Shown here: positions 51,545-64,000 of the stretch, piece by piece
Numbering within the stretch: position 1 is the first letter of the stretch
How the letters are laid out: every line of letters begins with the position of its first letter
Source: Ascidiella aspersa
Taxonomy: Eukaryota
Assembly (NCBI GenBank): GCA_963924565.1
Contig: OZ004615.1
Coordinates: 3,100,001-3,164,000 of the forward strand
DNA length: 64,000 nucleotides
Reading direction: 5' to 3'
The notes under the pieces: generated by a model
The model's database searches: none
What the model was told of the DNA's origin: nothing
Seen by the model: the letters and a program-made list of their open reading frames with translations, nothing else
Made by a program: the position numbers and the translations under genes

Positions 51545-54039
51545 ACTCGATTCGATTAGCTAAATTCGATTAAGCGCACCTTAATGGACTAGAAAGGTAA
51601 AAATAGCCAGGTCGTGGTTTCGGCTATAGATTTCGTTATGGAACACTACTTTCTCACACAGTACGGTAAAGTACTTGTTTCAAACTACAAGTTTAATTAG
51701 GTCATATATATATTTCACAGTATGATGATTGAACTTAATCAAAACAAGCTTATGATATTCATAAAACTGATAAGCATGTCTGGCTGTATCGGTACGACTA
51801 CGAGAAAACTTGCTGAAGTGTCTAATGTGCTGTTAATTTGGACACTTGTACAAAAATAGTACTGTTTTAAAGTAAAATTAATTACTAGCGTAGGGAAATA
51901 TATTTTTGTCTTCAAACAGCTAACACTGAACTCTAAATTTCGTCTACCTGAAAACTGCCTGAAGCTTATACACAACCTGCCTTGTGCCTAATTTGTCGGC
52001 GAACAGCTCAGACCGGCTTACTCTGTCGTGTTTGCAGCATGCTGCTTGCAGACAGTCTACAACTGCGTAGTAAGCCTAAAGGCGACTCCCAGCCAATCCG
52101 AAAGAACCATTTTTTCTGCGTTGCCTTTTGCACTTTTCGTGACCTTTAGCTTGACTAGTTTTAACTTAACTGCGTTAGTTTTTTTCTATATTATTTTGTA
52201 TCTACTATTATATATGTTTCTAAACTTTGCATAAATTTATCTTTAGTGACTAATTTTTCGCAATGTTTAGCAGGGTATAATTATTTTTCAACTTGTTATA
52301 TGTTATATAATTCATCAATTGTACTTTGCAAGAATTATAACCGCAGGACGACAGGAGTATCCTTAAACGACCATCCTTTTTAAACTGATTAATTCACAAA
52401 AAAATAGTCAAAAACATTAGAGCCGGCCTTCCTTTAATTGGCCTTAAAAATGGGCCGTTTCACACCCGCGGCAATTGTCAATCACGTGGGCTAACTGCTG
52501 ACTGAACGGAGCAGGACAGTGCAGCAATCAACTGGGCTGCTAAAACTTCTGAAATAGTGCATTGTTTTGTGTCATAGACTGCATGAAAGGAAATGGAATT
52601 AAGGTCAAGTCGGTTTCTAAGAAACGGCTAGGAGTCTGTCATATGCGGAAGAATGTCCATCCCTAATGTGGTGCACAACTGGTAAGTGTCATTTGTGTTT
52701 ACATGTCTTAAAGCTTGTTGATCACTTTTTGAAATGCAATGTATAACTGGTAACATGTCAAAATTTAGCTCAAAATCAAGGGATGTTTTGTGGTTTAAAT
52801 TCATATTATGGGGGCTTATTGGCCCTTTTAAAGTTAAGAACAATATAAAAATCACTAAGTTGTTTACACCTGTGAACTGTGCTTTGTACGAACAATATAT
52901 ATTTTGCTCTCAATGTTTCAAAGAAAGCAATTTATCTGTCTATCTATTCAAGGGTAGAATTTGGCATATCCTAGCAAAATATAATGACTTAGCTGGATAA
53001 GTCCCTAGTTTTTGTGACTTTGGATTAAGTTTAATCCTAAACAATCAATTTAATATTAAGAGTTATTAGTTACCTTAAATGCGATTGGACAAATCCAACT
53101 GGTACAGTGCGTATACGTTACAAGCAGTACGTAATAAGTCCCTCACGTGTTTAGTGGACCCATTAGTAAATGGAAATTACCCTACAACTTTGATTTATGA
53201 AAACTTTAATTTGAAAATGCAGCCTTAGCACCTTGTTTACTCAAACATATTTTAAATCAAAAAAGAATGTTTGGAAAACCGTGGCAATATGTTATGCGCT
53301 GATAAATAACACTTTCTAAATCGCTATGTCGGGTTTTATGTCTATTAATTTGGCCAGTTGTTGACTTTTTGTGTGAGAGTCGCTCAGCGGGATTTTCTTG
53401 TAGAAGCAAAATGTATGGGAATAAATCCGTTCTTGGCAGTTTTGTGTCGATGACATGTAAAAAGGAACTAAGTTTTTGCAATGTAATAAATGCAATTTCT
53501 AGATAACATGTCGTTAGAGCTTTAGAATACCTTTTTTCGTGAAAATTTGACTTTGCCAACTTCCACGTTCAAAGCGCTCTGTTGAAAAATATTTACCAGC
53601 TATATTGAAATAAAAGGGAGCAAATCACACGCAACACTAATTGAAACACGTAAATTTCATTTCTTTGGCGCGTATATAAAGGCACTTGCCTAAATTTGTT
53701 GTTTATTCTGAACTAAGGCCGAGACACGAGTCCAACTCCCACCTAAATAGTAAACTCGAGTTTTGAGAGCGATTCCGATTTTGCAGGATTCTGGTTGTTC
53801 CAAATTAACTAGTTCCCCGCTGCTTTTTCACATTGATGAGTACTCGGTAGGTATATGTACTCCAAAACCGATACTTTATATTTTGTAAACAGTGTCGCTA
53901 ATGGAGCAGAAATGTTTAGAGGTAATTTTTCCAGGTTGTTAAGATTAATTACCACGAGTTGTTGACCTTCTATGTTTTGATATTTTACCTGCCAAGGTGG
54001 AATCGCTGTTTTGTATCGTAAATCATGACGGAAACTCGT

Positions 54040-54285
54040 ATATTAAATTGGATTGGTATTGCACCCTAGTATCGGACAAGTTCCGATATTATCACTTGGT
54101 ATCGGGTTTCGGTTCCGATCCAATATTATCGGACAAACCTATATACCACCCTAGTTTAGGACGAGTTACGATATTATCACTTGGTATCGGCTCAACCCTA
54201 TATACAGTAACACCCTAGTATCGGACAAGTTCCGATATTATCACTTGGTATCGGGTACCAGAAGCGATCCGATATTATCGGACAT
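54040..54285. repeat. TATCGG family MITE end triplicated as 65-85-bp units
   Basis: CACCCTAGTATCGGACAAGTTCCGATATTATCACTTGGTATCGG recurs at about 54062, 54147 (diverged) and 54211. Confidence 0.75.
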
Positions 54286-55098
54286 AGCTATTGGTGAGAG
54301 ATATGTTTATCTTTTTCAACAACACAGACATACTCGTAATTGACTGGCGGTCATTTATTTGTACAAAGCATTTGCAAAGCATTTCTAACAACACGATATC
54401 GACAGCATTGCACACATTAAGGCTACATTTTGAAACACAGTAAAACCAGCGGAACTGTTGCGATAAGTAGAAAAAGTGGAAAACGGAAAGAAAGGTAATT
54501 CGTCTTTGTACAAAGGTATAGCAACAACTGCACTCGACTGTGCACGCCATTAATGAATCGAAAAAATGTGCAAAGAATAACGCATATAGTTCAAAAACAG
54601 AGACAAGGAAGCGGGATTTCGAAGGGAGTGTTTTCCAACACGCTTTTACATATAAATGTTTCTTTCAAACATTCAAAGATTTAAAAGTTTGATTCTCTAA
54701 AAAAATCGCACTTTTGTCAAATTTGAAGGTTGCTTATTCAGACAAGAAGGTTACCTTAACCAATACACTATTCTCAAACCTAAAAGGTTTCCTGAAGAAA
54801 TAAAGGATTCTCAAAAAGCATGAGGTTATTTCAAGGAATGCACGATTCACAAAGTGTAAAAGTTCTTTGTTTTAGGGTTTTTTAAGCAATACACTATTCT
54901 GAAAGCTTAGGGCTTCTATCAAGCAAGGTTTAAAGTTTTGTTTCAAACATTGAGTGACCGTTACATTTAAAAGGTACAAGCCATGCACTATTACAAAAGT
55001 TTAAACAATTTCTCTCCAGCATTGCACTATTCGCAAGCTTTTCTGACTTTCTCTCAAAAAAGCACGATTCTCAATTCCCAAGTCTTCCCAAAAATCCT

Positions 55099-58000
55099 TC
55101 ACAATTTTCCCTCGTCTAGTATTTCAACTCCTTCGTCGACGCGAACACTTAAAGAAGCGATTTCCCTGTTTGCGTTGTTGTCCTGGCAACAGCCGTTCTT
55201 TCGCTCCGCCGCCTTTTTCTCTTCTTCTCTCGCGCTGCTCTTTCTCCCGTTTCTCTCACTCTTCTCCGGCTCCTCCGAGGTGCCTCCTCGTCCTGAGATG
55301 CAGGCGAGGTGGTTTCCCAACCACGAGTTGACCGTGTTGGTTCGCTTCAGTTCGCTCGGTTCGTGGTGTTGCTCGCAAGCTGAGGTAAACAAGTTATTTT
55401 GAGTGTTGTATACAAATTTTGAGTGTTGCAAACCGAAGTCATTTTGAAATGACTCAAGTGGCATTTGTGAAATAACTTAAGTTCAAGTCAAGTGATTTGT
55501 GAAATAACTTCAGTCCGAATCAAGCAATTTATAAAATAACTTAATCTAAATCAAGTCATTTGTAAAAAAAACTTAAGCATAAGTTGTAAAAATAAGTAAA
55601 ATCAAGTCGTTTGTAAAATAACTTCAGTCTCAGTCAGGTTATTTGTAAAATAACGTAAGTCTGTTAAAAGTTTTAAAAAAAGTTTGATTTTTGTTAATAT
55701 GTCTGAAAAAGGTTGCACCTTCAGAAAAAGCCGAACGGTTATCAAAAAAGACTATCTTAGTAATATACATTAGTTCAACGATCAAGTTTCATTATATATA
55801 TCTACGGCGTAGACTTTTTCTTAAAAGTTCGAGTTTTACTATATTTTTTCAAAATTTAATAAGGAACAAACAAAATTACAGCAAAATTACCTTTCACACT
55901 AAAAACACGTCATAAAAAACTCGCGCGTGGTGGCGCTAGAGGATACTTTCAACCCTGTTTGTTTTAACTCAATAAATTAAAATAAACAGAGGCCGTAACG
56001 TACCACTGCTGCTGCTGAAGTCCTTGGAGGAAGCTTGCGAGCGAAACTGGGATGCACGGATGCTCGTTTTACCGTTTTCCTCTCGTACGCCGTTGGTTGT
56101 CTGTTAAGTAAGCGTATGTTTGGTCACTTGCTTGCAGGCGAAGTCGGATTTGGGGCCCGACCGAGTCGGTTTATTTTGTTTGACTCAGATTTGGGGCTCG
56201 CGACTTGACGGAGTCGGTTTATTTTGATGGAGTTGAACTCGGGACTCGAGAAAGACTACATAAAATTTCCCGAGTCCCGAGTCTTGTATATAATATTATA
56301 TATAATATTCAAACTGTTGTTGCAAAAATAATCAACAATAGAAGGTGTTGCAAACGCTTTTGCTTCTTAAAATGTGTTTCTTCATATCTTGTTTAGATGG
56401 GCAGTCGTGTTTACTAAGAAATTTAGTGACGTCAGACTATGTTAAAAATCAATAAAGATCTATTCGAAACGTTCTAAGGTGGTACCTACTTCTGTATGGG
56501 ATTTGATATTCTTACTACGTCTAACTACAACCTCCAGTCATTATGCACTATTGACGTTTGTTTGTCAACTGTCAATCACCTTCGCCATCCCGTTCTTTAC
56601 TCCGATCGGCTTCCCGTTGGCGTAATGTCCTCTTCTCGCCGTGAAGCTCCTCCTGCTCCCATCCGTGCTCGTTTCCTCCGATCCCCTGGAGCAGGGACAC
56701 AGGTATCGTCGCATCCGCGGGATTCGGGCCGCGTAGATGATCGGGTTGCACAGGGAATTAAGGATTGCGGGGCTCTGAAGATAAACGACGTATGAGTGTA
56801 AATGATGTCCTATGCAGGGTTGACATTTCGCATTTGTGTAATTCAGGGCGAGTGGTGATTGACGTTATCTTGTCTAACTGGCGAATATAAATTTTAAATT
56901 TGTTTTGCAGTTTTATAATGACTTAAGTCAATGACGTTACTACTTGACTTAGTGCACTTAATTTGCGTTTTTTAAATGACTTGACTAGACTTAAGTCTTT
57001 TTTGACAAAATTACTTGACTTTAATCAAATCTTTCGGACAAACGACTTGACTTAAATAAGTCTTTTCACCTTTTGTGCTGTAATAGCATAGAAAACATTG
57101 TGTCCATTTTGTTTGTTTGAGTCTAGTAACGACGTTACGAACTTATTGGTAACATTGCGTGGTTTAGGGTGACGCCGGCGGAAAAACTACCGTAAACAGC
57201 TGATGAGTCTACTGCTGGGAAATTTGAAGGAAGTCTGTCACTGTCGCATTATGACAAATAGTTGTGCGTGATTTATTGTTTTTTGCTGTGAACCATGGCC
57301 GAAACGTCTGCTCAATGGCGATGTAGTTTTGGTAGCTATATTTTAAAGTAGAATAAGTACTTTTTTTACCTGAACAGAGTTACACCTAACTGTGAACACC
57401 TTTACATAACAAAAATTGAATAAAAATGACATGGCGCAACCATTTTACGCATAAAAAGGTTTTTATGCTCCAGTCAAACCACTTCTTTAATCCAGAAGTT
57501 CATTAACTGTGTTTTACACCATCCCATCTAGCCCACTATGTCTGAAGAGCGTAAAGCCAGTTTTGCAGGACACTTTTGACAAGAACAAATAAAAGAAAAA
57601 TATGTGGTTTTAAAAAAAATCGGAAACATTTTTTCACCATATGCTACTCGACCTTTACAATATACTGCTTGCGCCTTATCAATTCCGAGTCCGACTCCGA
57701 CTCCCCAGCCCTGCTTTTTGGTCTCGCATACTCAACTGTACGCAATTACACGAAACCGGTTATTTTTTCAAAACTACAAACTTACGCGGTGAATTAAACA
57801 GCAATCAACTTTGGTGATTCCACTATCCTTACCCACAAACTACATACCATTATAAAGTAATGGTTGATTAACTTTTTGCAGTACACTTTTGATAATAACA
57901 ATTCGGTAAATGCCATTATATTACTGTCAGTGATCCAATGCTTTGTTCTTCGAACGGTTTCACCTTAGACTCGTTTGGTTCCTTGTGATAGGAGGCACCC

Positions 58001-61000
58001 ACAGGTAGTTAAACGAGCGACCTACACTGTACACTTACTGTTATATCTTCTATTATTATTAAAATTCAGCGATAAAAGAATGTGCTCCGGAAGTATAATT
58101 TTGTTACAGCGAAATTCAAAGATGAACGCGGACCCATCCGCAGATCTGACCTGGAAGTCTCGCATACTTGAATAACTGTATCATACATTTATCACACGAA
58201 TAACTTACTTCTACTCTTCTACTAAACCTCCTTACCATGAGCGCGAAGGTGAAGTTCTCATTCAACTCGAAACTGTCGGGAGTTGCAAAGTCGACGACGT
58301 AGAAGAGCAGAAGGGGAGTCCAACAGCAGAAGAAGACAGCCACCACGATCCCTAGGGTCCTCGCGAGACGGAACTCCCGCTTCATGTTGTTGCTCTTGCT
58401 CCTCTTGGAGGACACCACCAAGCTCCGGACCTTGCTCGCGTGACGACGCACCTGGAGGAGAGGAGAAGAGTGGGAGGATTAAAGATAAGAAGGATAAAAG
58501 TGGGAGAATTGAGAAGAACTAATAGAAGGGGCAGAATTTTGCCTGCTAACCAAGAATGCAGTCGGTTTAAACCAGGGATTCTTAAACTGGGGTTCATGGG
58601 CCTAATTGAAACGTTAGTGTATGTTTAAGAAGTAATCAATTTTTCAAAAAAAAAAAAGAGTTTACTTAGAAGTTAAACGGTTTTGAACTGAATGTATTTA
58701 GACTCCATTTCAGTTTCACATTTTTTGGACCGGTATATTTTGTATTTTTACGTCAATGTGTGACGTCATTTCTGAAAATTTCATGCCTGCCGTGGTCTAC
58801 GCAAAGCAAACAAAAATTAGGGTTCCGCAGTAAAAAACGTTCAAGAAACCCCCGTTTAAACAAATGCCGCAAAAACATGGAAAGAGTTTTTTTTTTGAAA
58901 ATCAGATAAGGGTGTTGTGAGTTTACAATGACATGATAAAAAGGCGGTAGACATATTTTAACTTAACTGTAATGAAATAGTTCTGTCCAGCTTTCGGACT
59001 GTGGTGCAACCGACAAAGCGAATTGCGAGACACATACATGTGGAATCGGTGTATATCTGAGATTTAGCCATTTAAAAATCGGTTCGCCCAAAAATTTCAC
59101 ATATTGCTATAGTTACAGTTCGTCGCGAATTTTACCGGTGCGAATATCGAAGCTAACACCTTTTCACGAAACTATTATTCATACAGCCCTATATAGCTGT
59201 TCGGAATGCCTATAAAAAAATAAAAACTATGAAGGTTATTTGCATTGAGAGCAAACGTATGGCGTTTTATTTCGTCGGATTATTGTTGAAATTAGCCAAA
59301 TTAGCTTGTCGTGACGCAGTGTACGTTGCAACTATATCCCTAGTTAAACCTGGAAATGAAGAACAACTTGCTCACGTTTATGTGCTACAAAGCCCAGGGC
59401 GGAAACAACAGAAACGCACCGTGATCATTTTTTGCTGTATTTGTTAACAGCTTACGTATACAGGGCGCGCGAAATTTCGCAGACTTTTAACGGTCGTTTA
59501 TTAACACGCGTTAGGGCGATGTGATGCGAAAAATCCCCCGGAAGGTACAGAGCCAGCGGTTGGTGTAACTAACAGGTAATTATGCCACCACGCAGTTGCA
59601 CGGTTATGCTTTGGTTGATGCGTATCACGATTTTACCGAGTATCTAAAACCTGGAATGACACCACAACGCCCTAATTAGAAAAACTAATCATTTAGACCC
59701 TTTATGACCACCCATATTAATTTGCTGAAAAATGCCTTTTGATCTTTAAGCCGCAATGTTGTAAACAAGTCATTTTGAAATGACTTAAGTTATTCTAAGT
59801 CAAATCTATATAAAAAATAATAATTCATGACTAATCCAAGTAGTCAGTTAAGTCCAAGTCAAGTCCCAGTTAAGTCATTATTAGAAGAAGTGAACTCATT
59901 TGTGGTCAATTTATGAGCAATAACTTAACTAAAAAATACAAAAACTCAACATATAGCAAGCAAATTGTGCAAAAATTGGCAAATAACCCAATTTATTAAA
60001 AACGAATATAGATAGAGCCACTCAATTTTAACCCAAGTCATATGACTGAATGACTTAAGCCTAAGCCAAGTTATTTGTCCAAGCGTCTGAAATCAAGTCA
60101 AGTAGTTTAAAACAAGTGACTTAAGTGAAGTCATTGACTTAAGTTTTGGGTGACACATGAACAAAACAACAAACTTAGCCTTAAAATTTGAAACAAATTT
60201 GGAACAAACTTACCCTTAAATAGTTATATTCTAAACAAAGCGTCTAAATATGTTCATTTTTTAGTAAAAGTCATTTTATCTGTACAGTTGATGCAATCAA
60301 TCTTGGTTTGTAAGCTTTGTTGCCTAAACAACGAATGGGTTGATATGTTACCCACATTTTAATGAACTGTTCGTAATCTCTTACCTTTGAAAACAAAATG
60401 TAGTAAATCACCCCGATCGAGATCAACATGAAGAGAAAGTAGAAAAAAAGGCCAAACAGAAAGTTTTTCTTGAAACCTGCAAAAATATAGTGGTGTTGCA
60501 TAAAGTTTGAATGTTGGCAATTGCGCAAAAACACATTGTTTTTGGCGTACAAAAGCAGCCCTAAACTTTGCAATTAGGCATTTTCCCCACAATTTAAAAA
60601 TTACCTTTTAGGCCTAGTTAAGAGTTTAGCACTTTCCATAGAGCTCATCTGTTAATTTCCAGTTTTATTTGGTCCCGTATAGCAAACACAATCAAGGTAA
60701 TTGTTGTTTATAAAAAGTTTTTAAAGTAATACTTGGGAATTAAAGAATAACTGCAATGTTATAACTATAAGGCGAATATTTTTTTACTTGTTAAAAAAAG
60801 TCAAAAGTTTTATTTGTCAAATATTTGCAAAGTCAAAATAAAAAAAATGAACATAAATCGCAGTGTTAGCATTTTCAATATTAAAAAAAAACGTGTTTTG
60901 GGATGCAGTGTATTTATACGAGCCGTGCCATATCACATTCCATACTTTTTGCCAGAAACGATCTTCTCTAGCCATTTGTCAAGGTTTATGGTTTGTTTTT

Positions 61001-62527
61001 TGGTCTACTCCTGTTAATGTTGCTTAAAGAACGCTATTTTAAAATTCCGACACATAACGCGATCGACCAGGTGAAATGTGGCGATCAAACGGCGCGATTG
61101 AAGTGTTGGCCACCCCTGCTTATAGCTTTACTGATTTAATCGAAGTGTCGACTGCACTGCACCCATTTCCCCATTATCAACCACCTCGGTAAATAACAAC
61201 TAGGTTTATGATTATTGTTACATTCTGATAGACGCCTTGATGTAAACCAACCTTTACAAAACTTGTTTTGATTTAGAAATAATCAAATTCCATTCAGAAG
61301 TAGTTATCATTTTGAACGCTTCAAATAACTTTACAAAATTAAAAAAAAATATATAGTCAGCTTTTTGAAATTCGTCGTTCAGTTGTTTTGAAATTTATTT
61401 TTCAATTTTATCAAAAAAAATTAGTTTTGATTTGTGTTCAAAGTCATTTTAACCGTATTATATCTTTATTAGAGCAATATACGGAATAAAAAACGCGTGA
61501 TTAACGACGCCTAGCTCATTTAAATCAATGTATTTCTATCAGGTCAAAATTTTGTCAAAATAATTTTTAGCTTAAAATTTGTCAAAATTTTAATTTTTCA
61601 GGTCAAAATTTCCTATTTTTTAGGTCAAAATTTCCTATTTTTTAGGTCAAAATTTCCTATTTTTTAGGTCAAAAAATATTCGGGACTTTGTGTCTGGTTT
61701 CTAATTATCGTTACAGAGGGTGAAACAAATCTTGTCGTTCCAGCAGTCGAGTTTCTGAACCGAGTTAGTACGAACTACTCGCTGTTAGTTAGTTCCACAC
61801 TACTCGTTGTTTTACCTGGCTTTAACTCGAAGCACTCCAAATACTCATTAAGTCTGGACTCGTTACTGGATCTATTTGATATTTTTGCAGAGTAAATAAC
61901 GTTAACGACTGTGTAGTCCTTTTTAACGTCATAACCGAGCACTTATCGAGTCACGAATTGAATTGCTATATTCATTGCTCGCTACCCGATTTTTGTTCTA
62001 ACCGGTTGTCTTGCGAGCAGGCGAGTTTATATCCCGAGTTAAAACTCACTTCTCGCTACTCGCTATTTTTGTTTAAAATGGTGCATCGCCCTGATGTTTA
62101 AGCATCAAAATCGGCGCTGACCGAGTACTTAATGAGTCAAGACTCGTTACTCGAGCTACTCGTTTTGTATCGAGTTTCTGACTTGAGTAAATAGTAAATA
62201 CTCACTACTCGCTACTCGCTATTTTTGTTTAAAAGGGCGAACCGTCGTAGAGTTTAAGCTTCAAACTCGATAATAACCGAGTACTTTTTGAGTCACAAAT
62301 TGCTACTAACTGTAACCTGCTCGATTTTTGCAGAGTACCCACCGTTGACGACTGTGGAGCAAGTCTTGTCATGCGAGCAGTCGAGTCTCTGACCCGAGTA
62401 GCACTTGCACTTTCCCACACACGACCCTTCTCCATTGATTAGCATCGGAAGCACTGGGATAAGCGCAACTGTCCAGCACAGCACAATCAGGATCCAAACA
62501 CGACGCTTCGTCATTATGTTGCTGTAT
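55099..62527 (-). CDS. Class A (rhodopsin-like) GPCR, 3' partial (ICL2/TM4 to C-terminus)
   Basis: Exons 62343-62527, 60385-60476, 58236-58451, 56580-56774, 56004-56100 and 55099-55379, phases consistent. TM4 CWTVALIP, TM6 REFRLARTLGIVVAVFFCCWTP, TM7 NSLCNPIIY. Exons for TM1-3 were not seen in the window. Confidence 0.9.
58573..58853. mobile_element. hAT-type MITE (CAGGG ends)
   Basis: CAGGGATTCTTAAAC...GTTCAAGAAACCCCC with 8-bp TSD GTTTAAAC on both sides. The internal CTGAATGTATTTAGACTCCATTTCAGTTT is shared with a copy at about 11436-11700. Confidence 0.75.
61600..61674. repeat. 22-bp tandem repeat, about 3.4 copies (AGGTCAAAATTTCCTATTTTTT)
   Basis: Units start at 61600, 61622, 61644 and 61666. 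Confidence 0.9.
61740..62295. repeat. ACTCG/CGAGT-rich repetitive element in a GPCR intron
   Basis: Many ACTCG motifs in both orientations, and a duplicated CTCGCTACTCGCTATTTTTGTTTAAAA at about 62052 and 62208. Confidence 0.55.
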
Positions 62528-64000
62528 CTGTTGAAGAGTGAAACAACAAAGCACCTATATTAGCACCTATGGTAAGCGTTTTCGGTATATTTGCCAGGTC
62601 CTCTAAAACAGCGGTTCTTAACCAGGGGTACACTGTAGCCCTTGGTTGTACGAAGCACCAAAGCAGGGGGTACGACAAGCAGTGTGAAATTGTGCGTTAT
62701 TTAGGCATATTTGTGATGAATGCGTAATTTACGAAAAGCAACAACAAAAAAGTCATTAGTAAATTGACTGACTGTTCGTTGTAAATATTGTTGAACATAT
62801 TAAAATGTCAAACATCTATAATGATTGTTATTAGGCGGCGTTTGGTCGTGATTTTGTAGTATATCTGTTGGTCAGTATACAAAAAATAATGTTCTTTTTA
62901 TTTTGGAAGTCTCAGTTTTATAACTCTTTATATTATACGCCCCTTTCACTGTGTATTTATTAGCAAGCGCGATGCCTGTACCACAACGATACCACTGGGT
63001 AAGAGTTTTTGCTATTTTTAGCAAGATACTCTATTAAGAACTTGAATTCTACGCCTCGGTTAAAATTCAATCTGGAACCGAGCTACTTAGGTCAAATCTG
63101 CAAAATCGATTAAATTGAAATGTGCAATAGGAATTATTTTCGGGTTATTAGGACGAGATCTGCTTTTGTGCAAACTAGCTTTGTTTATTTTAGAACGTGT
63201 TTTTTAGAAAAACATATCAAAAAATGCAACTTGGTTTTGCAATGTCGGAAAGTGTTATATTAATTCGGCATTAGATTGGCACCACTATTCTGTTAACAAG
63301 GAATACAACGACTACAGGTTTTATTCTTTGAAACAATTTCAGTCAACCTTTCCAAGTTTTTCTTCTCAAAGCTGTGCTTCCGCAACTATAAGAAACGTGA
63401 CTTGTAAAAGGTAAAACAAAAACACCTGTATCCGGCAAGGGCATTTAAAGCGATAAAGGATCGTTTGGTGGAAACACCCGCCTAGGGGCTTCGCACGTGT
63501 GCGTGATTATTACGTCACAAGAGGCGCAGCGATCGCTCACTGTTTCTATTTGCCTTCCCCTGCTGTCAAATCATAAGAGATTCGGTCTCCTGGCAGTGTT
63601 AAAAATACTACATTACATAACGCTGTAAAGCGGGTGTGCGTGTTTGGCTGGGCGACAAAAACAAACTTAAAACGTGGAAGATTGATGGTGGCTGTGTGCC
63701 AAAGCAATGTGTGACGTTAGTTTGTTGCTTATACTACCTATATACCAGTAATTTGCCAAAGAGATATTTAGGAACCAAGAGATATTTAGGAACCTTTTGA
63801 GTCAAATTCTTTCTCTATTGGTAACTCTTTGTTTAAGATGAGAGCAGGTTTTTCTTTAAGGTTTGGTTTGGGTGACCGCTAAGTAGTTTTAAGAGACCGC
63901 AAGTGTTTCATTTCAATACCAAAAAGTTGCAAGTCCAAAATTTGGGAAACCGCTGGAGAAATATGGGGGACCGTTTCGGCCACCTTAAAAAAAAACACTG

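Noticed and set aside
54983-55402. 139-aa plus-strand ORF
   Set aside because: Antisense to the last GPCR exon.
57200-57312. CTGATGAG ... CGAAACGTC as a second hammerhead
   Set aside because: The boxes are about 95 bp apart with no convincing stem I or stem II pairing.

Overview
AT-rich eukaryotic (animal) genomic DNA with GT-AG introns of about 70 bp to 3.5 kb. The style is consistent with an invertebrate such as an ascidian, but the species cannot be fixed from sequence alone. The ORF track is mostly noise. Manual splicing with phase checks gives four recognisable genes: an SSUH2-like protein (-, 7 coding exons, 396 aa), a CD63-like tetraspanin (+, 9 coding exons, 249 aa), a MYADM-like double-MARVEL protein (-, 7 coding exons, 313 aa) and the 3' part (TM4 to C-tail) of a class A GPCR (-). 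A tentative fifth gene encodes an 88-aa orphan protein (-). Introns and intergenic DNA contain several non-autonomous hAT-like and foldback elements. Best observations: (i) a palindromic element carrying a minimal type I hammerhead ribozyme motif on each strand (Penelope-like); (ii) a 46 x 28 bp hairpin minisatellite that grew inside a dispersed MITE and shows 308-bp higher-order steps; (iii) a divergent SSUH2-like protein with PSAP and PPxY motifs, head-to-head with a CD63-like gene that has CLEAR-like sites; (iv) a templated intron-to-intron insertion; and (v) a large palindrome with a perfect core. No CRISPR array, rRNA or tRNA was found.
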